The notes under the pieces: generated by a model | The model's input: the letters and a program-made list of their open reading frames with translations, nothing else | Told to the model about the DNA's origin: nothing | The model's database searches: none | Shown here: one piece after another, positions 1-8,114 of the stretch | How the letters are laid out: each line of letters opens with the position of its first letter | Numbering within the stretch: position 1 is the stretch's first letter | Position numbers and translations under genes: made by a program | Assembly: GCF_900232105.1 (NCBI RefSeq) | Contig: NZ_LT934425.1 | Location: 2,520,001 to 2,552,000 of the forward strand | Reading direction: 5' to 3' | DNA from: Candidatus Kuenenia stuttgartensis | Lineage (GTDB): Bacteria > Planctomycetota > Brocadiia > Brocadiales > Brocadiaceae | DNA length: 32,000 bases

Positions 1-2
1 AA

Positions 3-74
3 GATAAAATATTTAAAGGAATGACGGTGGATGATATAGTTTCTGAAATCGAATCAAACAAAGATTTACCATAA
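3..74 (+). CDS. 3' end of an unidentified ORF entering from the left edge (partial)
   Basis: The reading frame is open from the window edge (..DKIFKGMTVDDIVSEIESNKDLP) to TAA at 72-74. It is too short to identify. Confidence 0.2.
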   Translation, partial: DKIFKGMTVDDIVSEIESNKDLP

Positions 75-127
75 AATTTATGAGGAGATTCGTAACGCAA
101 CGTTTTTAAAAGGAGAGAGAGGATGCT

Positions 128-298
128 ATGCCAGAGGAAGAATTTAAAAAAATCTTCGAAACACTGGAATGTATTATGGAAAAAGACAGTAATGAAGCGT
201 GGTCAGTATGGGAAGAACTTGGTAAAGGCGCTGCTGAAGGCAAATGGAACGATGCTTCTGAAAGACACTATTTCTGTTTGTACGGAATAAAGAAATGA
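128..298 (+). CDS. small hypothetical protein (56 aa), candidate antitoxin partner of the downstream PIN remnant
   Basis: ATG at 128 follows a purine-rich RBS (AGGAGAGAGAGG, 111-122). The product starts MPEEEFKKIFETLECIMEKD. Its TGA (296-298) overlaps the next ATG (295-297) as ATGA, the coupling typical of toxin-antitoxin pairs. No family recognised. Confidence 0.45.
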   Translation: MPEEEFKKIFETLECIMEKDSNEAWSVWEELGKGAAEGKWNDASERHYFCLYGIKK

Positions 299-402
299 AA
301 ATCTTTATTGATACCAGCGCGTGAGTTGCCTTAGAAAACAAAAAAGACATTCACTTGATAAAGATTTTGAACAAATGGGCTTTGCAAAAAGACCTTAGCT
401 AA
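295..402 (+). pseudogene. PIN-domain (VapC-like) toxin remnant with premature stop and truncation
   Basis: Translation is MKIFIDTSA*VALENKKDIH.., a typical VapC N-terminus (FIDTSxW..). TGA at 322-324 sits where the family has Trp (TGG). The frame ends after about 35 codons, against about 130 in intact PIN toxins. Confidence 0.55.
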
Positions 403-489
403 TATGTATATGCCATGTGAAATATTTTTCAAATTCTTTTTAAACAAATTTGGGAATCAGAGAAAAATTTTTCCACTTTCGTATCCGGG

Positions 490-1006
490 TTTATAATAGG
501 AGCATTTCCGATTTTTTGTAACCGTTTGTGTGATTGGGGCAAAACAACGCAGCAAGGGGGATGTGGCAAGCCTGTCCCCCGCTGGCGGGGGATTAAGGGG
601 GTGGAATTGTCTGCGGAGGAAATCTGGGAGGTTTATAACATGAATAGCCATAAATTTTTCTTCTCATTCCTACGTTCTGCGGGAATGCATGTCACGAAGC
701 AGGATAAAATTGTCCATTTGACCAGTCTGCGGAGCGTGGGAAAGAGGGTCAAATTTGTTTTCATAATAAAGGGGTAGTTGAATCGATGGAGAAATCCAGT
801 CCACCCCCTGCACCCCCGCCAGCGGGGGACATAGTTTGAACAACAGGCGCATTCCCGATTTTTGGTTAACTAATTGTACATTGTAACACAAGCATCCTGC
901 TTGTGGCATTTTACCCTCAAACAGGAAGCTTGTGTTACTATTCCTTTCCCTCTCCCCGCTAATGACATTTTTACAAAAATCGGGAATGCTCCCGTTCATA
1001 ATAAAG
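490..1006. repeat. nested inverted-repeat block with paired GC-rich palindromes
   Basis: 490-521 (TTTATAATAGGAGCATTTCCGATTTTTTGTAA) is the imperfect reverse complement of 971-1006 (TTACAAAAATCGGGAATGCTCCCGTTCATAATAAAG). A third, direct copy of the core (GGCGCATTCCCGATTTTTGG) lies at 846-865. CCCCCGCTGGCGGGGG (576-591) and CCCCCGCCAGCGGGGG (813-828) are exact reverse complements, embedded in inverted segments of about 38 nt (573-610 vs 795-832). Confidence 0.6.
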
Positions 1007-1152
1007 AAACAGGCTTGCCCACAGGTATCTGAACTTTCGCTGACAGGCAATGAAGTTTTACAGCAATAACAAGACACTTAGTCAAAGATTTATCTGATAG
1101 ATTGTGTATAAAATTTATGTATTGTATGACAAGGTGAGAATGTTGCATTTTT

Positions 1153-2236
1153 TTGAGAGAGGCGTACAAGCGCTGCAAATCCAATGGAGGAAGCGCCGGG
1201 GCAGACGGGATTACATTTGAAGATGTGGAGTCATACGGGGTGGAGAAGTTTCTTGGAGAGATAATAGAGGAACTTGAAAACAAAACCTACGAACCACAGC
1301 CGGTACTGAGAGTGTACATACCTAAAACCAACGGTAAGACACGACCATTGGGAATCCCTGTGATAAAAGACAGGGTAGTGCAGATGAGTGTAAAGCTTGT
1401 AATAGAGCCGATATTCGAAGCAGACTTTGAAGATAGCTCCTACGGATTCCGACCGGGACGTTCAGCGGGCGATGCTGTGAGGAAAATCAAAAGAAAGACT
1501 GCGAGAAGGGAAAACAGAGGTATTTGACGCAGACCTTAGTTCTTATTTTGACACAATACCGCACAAGGAATTGTTACTGTTAATAGGGATGAGGATAAGC
1601 GACAAGAACGTACTGCACTTGATAAAAATGTGGTTAAAAGCACCGGTGGTAGAGGAAGGCAAACCAGGTGGCTGGAGGAAAAATAAGATAGGAACACCGC
1701 AGGGAAGCGTAATATCACCATTATTAGCAAACATATATCTGCACATGCTCGATAAAGCAGTCAATAGAGAGAATGGGGTTTTCTATAAGTATGGGATAAC
1801 AAATCATACGTTATGCGGATGATTGGGTACTGATGGCAAAGCGAATACCTCGTGAAGCATTAGACTATCTCAATAGGAAACACAAGAAATACTGGAACAT
1901 AGAACCAAGCAAGAAATCACAAAAGAAGGTTAGGGAAAAGATAGGAAACTACCTCAAGGGCAATGGGCATAAAGCGGCGGAAAAAGTAGCTAATGAATTG
2001 AATGCAATAACAAGAGGATGGATAAATTATTTCACAATAAAGGAGTAACGTATCCAAACAAGGTGAAAAGAGACCTACGATATTATCTTTTCAGGAGATT
2101 GACGAGATATTATAAGAGGAAAAGTCAGCGCAGGAGCAAGCTCTATAATCGGGGAGCGTTTAAGGAATTAGTCAATAGATATGGACTAATAGACCCGACA
2201 AAATATGTTCCTGTCAGACAACCTGTGAAAGCTTAA
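1153..2236 (+). pseudogene. group II intron reverse transcriptase/maturase, fragmented by frameshifts and an internal deletion
   Basis: Four ORF pieces lie in different frames. 1153-1527 carries SAGADGITFEDV and TRPLGIPVIKDRVVQ. 1571-1822 carries [17 protein letters not shown] and is preceded in-frame by [15 protein letters not shown]. The YADD box ([10 protein letters not shown], 1806-1832) is in frame with 1833-2048, which holds the maturase domain X motif ITRGWINYF. The tail is 2018-2236. The stretch between YADD and domain X is far shorter than in intact intron-encoded proteins. Confidence 0.85.
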
Positions 2237-2253
2237 GAAGAAGACTGTCCGGA

Positions 2254-2286
2254 AAGCCGTGTGCGGGAAAATCGCATGCACGGTTT
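2254..2286 (+). ncRNA. group II intron domain V-like hairpin
   Basis: AAGCCGTGTGCGGGAAAATCGCATGCACGGTTT folds like the domain V consensus. The AGC triad at 2255-2257 pairs with GTT at 2283-2285. There is a lower stem, a 2-nt bulge (TG, 2277-2278), an upper stem and a GAAA-like loop. The hairpin lies just 3' of the maturase ORF, as expected. Confidence 0.6.
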
Positions 2287-2430
2287 GACGAGGGGGGCAG
2301 ATGATAAGTATATGGCGGAGATATGGTGGCACTGGCGGAAAACCAGCCAGCAAACAGAGAAAACAAACTTCTGCCTAAATTCTCGTCGTCTGTTTCTACC
2401 TCTACCGTTTATTCGTGGCTAAATAATTAA

Positions 2431-2661
2431 ATGGAGAGAAAATATGTTTGATAGAATATACATTTGATTCTCAGATTATGGGTGGAAGAGCGTGTATTAG
2501 AGGTATGAGATTCCCGGTTTCTGTAATTGTTGGGCAAATTGCACATGGGGCTACCTATTGAGGAGGTACTGGTTGACTATCCAGACCTGGAACGTGAAGA
2601 TATACAGCAGGCATTAGAGTATGCAGCGTGGTTGCAGCAGGAGGAAGTCCATACGGTATAA
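2431..2661 (+). pseudogene. DUF433-family antitoxin-like gene with two frameshifts
   Basis: Pieces read MERKYV* / IEYTFDSQIMGGRACIRGMRFPVSVIV / (K)LHMGLPIEEVLVDYPDLEREDIQQALEYAAWL. Together they reconstruct a DUF433 protein (GGxPxIRGTRxPV ... EEILxDYPxLxxEDIxAAL). The frame changes near the T-run at 2447-2449 and the GGG at 2532-2534. Confidence 0.6.
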
Positions 2662-2670
2662 GTGGTTAAA

Positions 2671-3054
2671 ATGAGATTTATTGCAGATATGGGTATTGCC
2701 ATGAAGGTTGTTGAATGGCTAAGGGAAAACGGACACGATGCAGTGCATCTTCGGGAAGAAGGTTTACACAAACTTTCGGATAGGGAAATTTTTAAAAAAG
2801 CTGGCCTCTGAGGGGCGTATTATTTTGACTTTTGATTTAGATTTCGGAGAAATTATTGCCCTTTCTGAAGGAATATTAGTTAGTGTTATTCTTTTCCGAC
2901 TTCGAAATACTCGCACACCACATGTCATGAACGTCTTGAACATGTATTGATGAATCTTGTGATTCGCTTAAAAGAGGGGTCAGTTGTTGTTGTAGAAGAG
3001 ACACGACATCGTATCCGTAAATTACCCATAAAGACTGAAGAGGATTGGCGATAA
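2671..3054 (+). pseudogene. DUF5615 (Mut7-C/PIN-like) toxin partner of DUF433, frameshifted
   Basis: Translation is MRFIADMGIAMKVVEWLRENGHDAVHLREEGLHKLSDREIFKKA, then a frame switch to SEGRIILTFDLDFGEI.., then another switch near 2940 to ..LKEGSVVVVEETRHRIRKLP. The gene starts 10 nt after the DUF433 stop. Confidence 0.55.
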
Positions 3055-3151
3055 CAATGAAACCAATTATTTCTGTGGAGATCGGATTTTAGAAATGGTT
3101 TGGACACAGATGAACACTGATGGACACGGATTATCGGCATATTAATTTAAA

Positions 3152-3285
3152 GATCTGACCGAGAAGATTATCGAAATCTTCTTTAAAGTTTATAATAACT
3201 TGGTTACGGTTTTCTGGAAAAAGTTTATGAAAATGCAATGATGATAGAATTCAAAAAAGAAGGCATTCACGCTGTATCACAATAA
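3152..3285 (+). pseudogene. GxxExxY-family protein fragment (frameshifted and truncated)
   Basis: DLTEKIIEIFFKVYNNL then, after a 1-nt slip at GG 3202-3203, GYGFLEKVYENAMMIEFKKEGIHAVSQ*. This contains the GxxExxYxxA signature but stops after about 45 of about 125 residues. Confidence 0.5.
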
Positions 3286-3624
3286 TTATTTGTTGTTCGT
3301 GTAAATTTAGAAACCGTTCAAGATTACTGCCAAGCTATAGGACACAGATAACGCAGAGACGACACGGAGAAAGTATTTAAATGCACCTGTGAAAGATGGG
3401 ATTTAGAGATTTGTCCCTTGGTTTTTGCATGTGCCTCTTTGGTTATGTGGCACACACTATGAAGAAAGGAAACGCAACCAATCTTCCCCTTTTGCCGTTG
3501 ATTTCACATAATGATTTTGTTACTTTTGTGTTATGTATAAGTCTTCGACCTTATAAAAACCCTGAACCCAAAATCGGCGAAGAAGAGGCCCATAGAGTTC
3601 ATTGAATCATTTATTAATCATTTA

Positions 3625-3859
3625 AGGGCGATATTGCTACGAAAACTGACCTTCAATTGCTAAGATAGACATCGAAGGTAGCTTGACAAACTCGATACAA
3701 AGATTGAATGGGTAAAGAGCGAGCTTGAGGGTAAAATCTAAAATTCCAGGCTTGATTTAATGGACAAATCGGGGCGGCAAAGATAGATATGCTCAATGGC
3801 TTTTTGGTTTCTGGATTACACTCATGGGAACTATTATTGCCCTATGGTTATCCAAATAG
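3625..3859 (+). pseudogene. heavily decayed copy of a DUF1640-like coiled-coil, membrane-anchored protein
   Basis: Fragments across frames (GDIATKTDLQ.., KIDML.., ..GTIIALWLSK-like hydrophobic tail) resemble the gene at 3998-4442. Multiple stops are present. Confidence 0.35.
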
Positions 3860-3997
3860 CATCCTGCCTGAATTTTTTTGAGAAAATAACTAATAATGCC
3901 AACAGTTCTTAACATAGCGCCAAGCGCCTAAAAATCTGCCATAGTCAGAACTCTTACCGATGCACATTGCATGTTACTTTAAGATACGGAGGTTTTT

Positions 3998-4442
3998 ATG
4001 CCCATTATAAACACCCTTGAGATTTACGAAGACTTAAAATCACAATTCAAAGAAGATGAGGCGCGCACTTTGACAAAGGCATTAGAAAAATCTTTGGAGG
4101 AATACCAAAGAAAGCAGGAAAGTTTTTTGGCAACAAAGGATGATATTGCTAAACTCCGTGAAGAGCTGAAAGACGATATAATAAGTTTAAGTTTAATAAC
4201 AAAAAATGATATTGCCAATTTGCGAAGTGAACTGAAGGATGATATTGCCAATTTGCGAAGTGAACTGAAGGATGATATTACCAAATTCCAAATAGAAACG
4301 AAAAACGATATGACTAAACTTCGTGAGAGCTGAGAAAGATATTAATAAGGTAAGAAATGATCTTGCTAATGCAAAGGCCGAAATTATCAAGTGGTTATTT
4401 ATATTCCTGATAGGTCAGGGAGCGACAATTATTAGTATTTGA
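3998..4442 (+). pseudogene. DUF1640-like coiled-coil protein split by one frameshift near 4325
   Basis: A 111-aa coiled-coil ORF (KDDIAKLREELKDDI.. repeats) stops at 4331-4333. The +1 frame then continues as EKDINKVRNDLANAKAEIIKWLFIFLIGQGATIISI*, the C-terminal TM anchor typical of this family. The RBS is GGAGG at 3979-3983. Confidence 0.55.
4208..4273 (+). repeat. perfect 33-bp tandem duplication (2 units) inside the coiled-coil gene
   Basis: GATATTGCCAATTTGCGAAGTGAACTGAAGGAT occurs at 4208-4240 and again at 4241-4273. It encodes DIANLRSELKD twice. A diverged third unit starts at 4274. Confidence 0.95.
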
Positions 4443-4473
4443 AGTTTATAAAGTGAAAATAAGGAGGTTCGCC

Positions 4474-5014
4474 ATGACACCGGTTCTGGAAAATAAAAGT
4501 ACACCTATGAAGATTATTTGAAAATTTCTGATGATAAAAGGTACGAACTGATTGATGGAGAATTAATTATAACACATTTCCGAGCACGAGGCATCAAAGG
4601 ATTTCGAGGAAGATTGAATTTGTTATTGAGAAATTTGTAGCAGATAATAATCTGGGAGGTCTTTGATGCTCCCTATGATGTTTATCTTGATGAAGAAAAT
4701 GTTGTTCAGTCGGATATCCTATTTGTTTCAAGAGACAGGTTGAGTATCATTGGTGAAAAGAATATCAGGGATCACCTGACATGGTAATTAAGATAGTTTC
4801 TGAAAATAGCGCATATAGAGATATTGTGCAAAGAAAAATCTTTATGCGAGATTTGGTGTAAAGGAATACTGGATCGTGATACCGGAGACCTAAGAGATAG
4901 AAATCTATATGCTGGAAGAAAACCATTACGGTTGTATAAGACAACGGGAAAAACGAATCTCTTGAATCGCCTGTGCTAAAGGGCTTAAGAATGGAGTTAA
5001 ATAATATACTTTAG
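4474..5014 (+). pseudogene. Uma2-family (DUF820) endonuclease with multiple frameshifts and stops
   Basis: AAGGAGG RBS at 4461-4467. Fragments are YEDYLKISDDKRYELIDGELII, ..KIEFVIEKFVADNNLG, VFDAPYDVYLDEENVVQSDILFVSRDRL, PDMVIKIVSENSAYRDIV and VKEYWIV. These match the Uma2 pattern (ELIDGE.. PD..E..S) but lie in three frames. Confidence 0.6.
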
Positions 5015-5659
5015 AAACAAGCATATGACCAGTTGGTAGGCTAGCGTTAAAACCTCCAGCCCCCAATCGTCGCCAGGTATATTTGTTACCAAACAACATC
5101 CCCTTTTAAACCATACGGCTTTCCCGTAGTTAGCGACCCCTGCAGAGTTGCGCTATAGCAGAGAATGGACGTTAATACCATGCAAAGCATCTGGCGATCT
5201 CCAATTGTCATTAGAATTTGTTTCGGTTTCGCGTTCGTGAAGGTTGCAGTTTAATTCCAGTTGCAGGGTTTAATTATTTGGGGTGAAGTTCCGTTATAGG
5301 GAAAAATTGAAAAGGTCTGCCTTCCGGATCGGAGAAATTTATTCGGGAAAAAAGATTGCAGGCAGACCGCCGTTACGCCACGCCATGCAGTCTGTCCCAA
5401 AAATAAAAATGACAGGTGTAAGAGGTAGTTCCCATTCCCTCTCTTTTGTTTTTTTCTTGCTTCAAGGTAATTAATTATATAAAATCTTCAAATTTTGCAA
5501 AAAAGCAAATGTACCTATTTTACCGAAATACCAACAGGCTTGTTTTACGGCATTTCGATAAAAAATACAGTGTTTTTATTCTTTTTTTCTGTAGTTTACA
5601 GCGTAGTAAATTTTTCGGGTATGTCGCAAATTTTTGACTTTGTTGTGTTTGCGGTTTTT

Positions 5660-5737
<78 letters not shown>

Positions 5738-5769
5738 ATTCATTTCAGCTAAGCCTTATATACATTTGT

Positions 5770-5844
5770 GGTGAGCGTAGCTCAGTTGGTTAGAGCATTA
5801 GACTGTGGCTCTAAGGGTCGCGGGTTCGAATCCCGTCGCTCACC
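5770..5844 (+). tRNA. tRNA-His (anticodon GUG) with encoded G-1
   Basis: An extra 5' G precedes acceptor GTGAGCG/CGCTCAC. Anticodon stem is TTAGA/TCTAA with loop CTGTGGC. T loop is TTCGAAT. Confidence 0.9.
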
Positions 5845-6085
5845 CATTTTTTTCAATTCCTGATTGATACATCTTTCGTTATTCTTTAATAATAAAAGAA
5901 CAGCGTATTTAAATACATTAAGTGTCTATTAGCGGTTTTGGACGCCATATTTATTTCGTGATAGAATTTTTGCGGGGTGAAATCAGGTTGACATTTGTCC
6001 TATCTTCTATAATAAATTGCTTGGACTTTATTTTATTGTCCAATTTTTGATGTATGAACGACTGCGCCGACATTGCGTTTTTTTT

Positions 6086-6163
6086 GCGCTCGTAGCTCAA
6101 TTGGATAGAGTGGTGGACTTCGAATCCAAAGGTTGCCAGGTTCAAGTCCTGCCGGGCGCGCCA
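6086..6163 (+). tRNA. tRNA-Arg (anticodon UCG), CCA encoded
   Basis: Acceptor GCGCTCG/CGGGCGC has one T:G pair. The anticodon loop is CTTCGAA and the T loop is TTCAAGT. One mismatch at the base of the anticodon stem and one in the T stem lower confidence slightly. Confidence 0.8.
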
Positions 6164-6193
6164 TTCTTAAATTTTTTCAATAAATAACCTTTT

Positions 6194-6269
6194 GCGCCCT
6201 TAGCTCAGATGGTAGAGCAACTGACTCTTAATCAGTGGGTCGGAGGTTCGATCCCTCCAGGGCGCACCA
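6194..6269 (+). tRNA. tRNA-Lys (anticodon CUU), CCA encoded
   Basis: Acceptor GCGCCCT/AGGGCGC, anticodon stem ACTGA/TCAGT with loop CTCTTAA, T arm GGAGG-TTCGATC-CCTCC. Confidence 0.9.
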
Positions 6270-6490
6270 ATAAGATTGTCGTTTTTAGTACGTCGGGCAT
6301 ATCGTTTAATTGAAATTAAAACAGTGCCATTACGATGAGGGCATTGAAAACTCAATACCTTGCAAATGTAAGATTAAAACTGCTCAGTCGTTGTTTATGA
6401 TGGAAGACAATAGGTCTCTGTTTTAGTAAAACGCGATACTGGCTTAGCAAAATTGCAAGAAGTATTTAAACGTAATTGCTGTTTATTCGG

Positions 6491-6519
6491 TTGATATATT
6501 TTTATGCCGCAATTGTAAT
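6491..6519 (+). promoter_or_regulatory. candidate sigma70-type promoter for tRNA-Leu/tRNA-Gly
   Basis: TTGATA (6491-6496), a 17-nt spacer, then TGTAAT (6514-6519), about 40 nt upstream of tRNA-Leu. This is a pattern match only. Confidence 0.3.
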
Positions 6520-6561
6520 TTTAATTGAGAAATTTTATTTCTTGATTTTAAACAGAGGTCT

Positions 6562-6643
6562 GCGAGGGTGGCGGAACTGGCAGACGCGCAAGACTTAGGA
6601 TCTTGTACCTTAACGGTGTGGGGGTTCGATTCCCCCCCTCGCA
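6562..6643 (+). tRNA. tRNA-Leu (anticodon UAG), class II with long variable arm
   Basis: GCGAGGGTGGCGGAACTGGCAGACGCG resembles bacterial tRNA-Leu. The anticodon stem is CAAGA/TCTTG with loop CTTAGGA. The C-run at 6632-6638 has 7 C where a canonical 5-bp T stem plus 7-bp acceptor needs 8. Confidence 0.85.
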
Positions 6644-6663
6644 TAAATATGCGAATATAAAAA

Positions 6664-6738
6664 GCGGGTGTAGCTCAGTGGTAGAGCATCACGTTGCCAA
6701 CGTGAATGTCGTGGGTTCGAGCCCCATCACCCGCTCCA
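6664..6738 (+). tRNA. tRNA-Gly (anticodon GCC), CCA encoded
   Basis: Acceptor GCGGGTG/CACCCGC, anticodon stem TCACG/CGTGA with loop TTGCCAA, T arm GTGGG-TTCGAGC-CCCAT. Confidence 0.9.
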
Positions 6739-6776
6739 ATTTTTTAGCAAGTGTTTAGAATACGGAATGATGAATC

Positions 6777-8084
6777 ATGAATATAACAATTGAAAATGCA
6801 GGGCCTTGTAAGAAACTTTTAAAGTTTGAAATTCCCAAAGAAGCAATAGAAAGCGAATTAGAGAAAAAGACGTTGGAAGCCTGTAGTACTGTACAGCTTC
6901 CAGGTTTTCGAAAAGGACACGTACCCAGAAAACTGGTTGAGAAACGATTCGAAACCCAAATCAAAGAAGATGTGAAGCAATCCCTCATAAGCGAATCGTA
7001 TGAAAAGGCATTAGAAGAAAACAAAATCGAACCTGTAGGCGAACCTAAATTTGACCCTGAGTTCGGAAATTTGAATCTTGAAATCGGGAAACCGCTCACC
7101 TTTGACGTTACGCTTGAAGTTTTGCCTGTATTTGAAGTAGGCCAATATAAAGGTTTACAGTTAAAGAAGAAGGCGATCGATGTGTCTGAAGAAGAAATTG
7201 ATAAGCTCCTAAAAGAATTGGCGCTGCAAAAAGCGCAATTTACTGTTGTGAGTGGTGGAGGTATAGAAGAAAAGGATCTTATTATTTGTGACTGCAAAGT
7301 TGAAGTAAATGGTATAACTGTTTTTGAAGACAATGACATAGAAGTCAGTGTTGTAGACGGAAGCAAAATTGCTCATACGGAAATCCCTGAGTTGGTAAAA
7401 TATTTAAAAGGAAATACAACTGGTGCCACATGTACGATTAATGTTGTATTATCTGATACGTTCAATATAAAAGAATATCGTGGAAAAGAAGCAAGTATAA
7501 AACTTGTGGTTAATGAGATAAAACGTTTAAGCCCTCCGGAAATAGATGAGGATCTTGCCAAAACCTTAAATTTTAAATCACTGGAAGACTTAAAATTAAA
7601 TGCCAGAAAGCGCCTGGAAATAAATAAGAATATCTGGGCAGAAAACGATTTGAGGACGCAGATTCTTGATACACTTTTGGCTCAAACACAATTTGATCTG
7701 CCGAAGGACTTTATTAACAAACATGCAGAAGAAAGGGTATATAAGCATCAGCTTGATTTGGTAAAAAGAGGCGTTCCGTTTGAAGAGGTTCAAAAACAAA
7801 CTGAATCAATGAAAAGCGTTTCAGAAGAATCCGTAGTGAAAGAATTAAAGGCATCGCTTATAATTGAGTATATTGCGAAAAAAGAAAAAATATTTGTAAC
7901 TGAAAACGAAGTTGAACAACGAATAGTGGAAATTGCATATTCTTATAACACAGATAAAAAAGTTGTTCGAAAACAACTGGAAACACAGGGAAACTTATCT
8001 TATTTACGGAACGAAATGCGGGAAGATAAGACATTGGCTTTTTTGTTAAAGGAAGCAAAAATTGAACAGGAAGCAGCGAAATAA
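6777..8084 (+). CDS. tig: trigger factor (ribosome-associated chaperone / PPIase)
   Basis: 435-aa ORF. The N-terminus MNITIENAGPCKKLLKFEIPKEAIESE and GFRKGHVP (ribosome-binding GFRxGxxP motif) are diagnostic. The classic tig-clpP arrangement is present. Confidence 0.95.
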   Translation: MNITIENAGPCKKLLKFEIPKEAIESELEKKTLEACSTVQLPGFRKGHVPRKLVEKRFETQIKEDVKQSLISESYEKALEENKIEPVGEPKFDPEFGNLNLEIGKPLTFDVTLEVLPVFEVGQYKGLQLKKKAIDVSEEEIDKLLKELALQKAQFTVVSGGGIEEKDLIICDCKVEVNGITVFEDNDIEVSVVDGSKIAHTEIPELVKYLKGNTTGATCTINVVLSDTFNIKEYRGKEASIKLVVNEIKRLSPPEIDEDLAKTLNFKSLEDLKLNARKRLEINKNIWAENDLRTQILDTLLAQTQFDLPKDFINKHAEERVYKHQLDLVKRGVPFEEVQKQTESMKSVSEESVVKELKASLIIEYIAKKEKIFVTENEVEQRIVEIAYSYNTDKKVVRKQLETQGNLSYLRNEMREDKTLAFLLKEAKIEQEAAK

Positions 8085-8114
8085 TTTCTGATTTATTAAC
8101 CTAAAGGAGTTTTT

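Larger units (their letters stand above)
528..2332 (+). mobile_element. degenerate group II intron (both boundaries approximate)
   Basis: GTGTG at 528-532 fits the GUGYG 5' consensus. It lies about 580 nt upstream of the RT remnant, the usual size of domains I-III. RT/maturase fragments span 1153-2236 and a domain V-like hairpin spans 2254-2286. The 3' end is not determined; my guess is ..GGCAC at 2332, about 46 nt past domain V. Confidence 0.55.

Noticed and set aside
490-2236. Long inverted repeats immediately upstream of a reverse transcriptase suggested a retron (msr/msd with a1/a2 repeats) or a diversity-generating retroelement.
   Set aside because: The RT carries the group II maturase domain X motif (RGWINYF) and is followed by a domain V-like hairpin. 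The inverted repeats span about 520 nt, far larger than retron ncRNAs. No TR/VR-type repeat pair with adenine-specific differences is visible.
2921-2960. An apparent tandem duplication of about 20 nt (CATGTCATGAACGTCTTGAA / CATGTATTGATGAATCTTGT, encoding HVMNVL / HVLMNL) at the second frameshift of the DUF5615 pseudogene.
   Set aside because: The two units align only with gaps and share limited identity. This could be chance, so it is not reported as a repeat.
3396-3605. A 69-aa ORF between the GxxExxY fragment and the DUF1640-like remnant.
   Set aside because: No RBS and no motif. Its 3' end merges into the decayed DUF1640-like sequence, so it is most likely a chance frame in degraded DNA.
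6296-6420. A CRISPR-like look in the tRNA-Lys/tRNA-Leu spacer: a sequence ending ..GGGCATTGAAAAC plus recurring ATTAAAAC motifs.
   Set aside because: Only two loosely similar segments exist. They have no constant period, no conserved full-length repeat and no cas genes in the window. I treat this as AT-rich spacer DNA.
6755-7366. Long antisense ORFs inside tig (203 aa), and similar ones inside sdhA, murC, hdh, the TPR gene, the glycosyltransferases and the SBP gene.
   Set aside because: They are shadow frames of clearly identified genes on the opposite strand, with biased low-complexity composition and no motifs.
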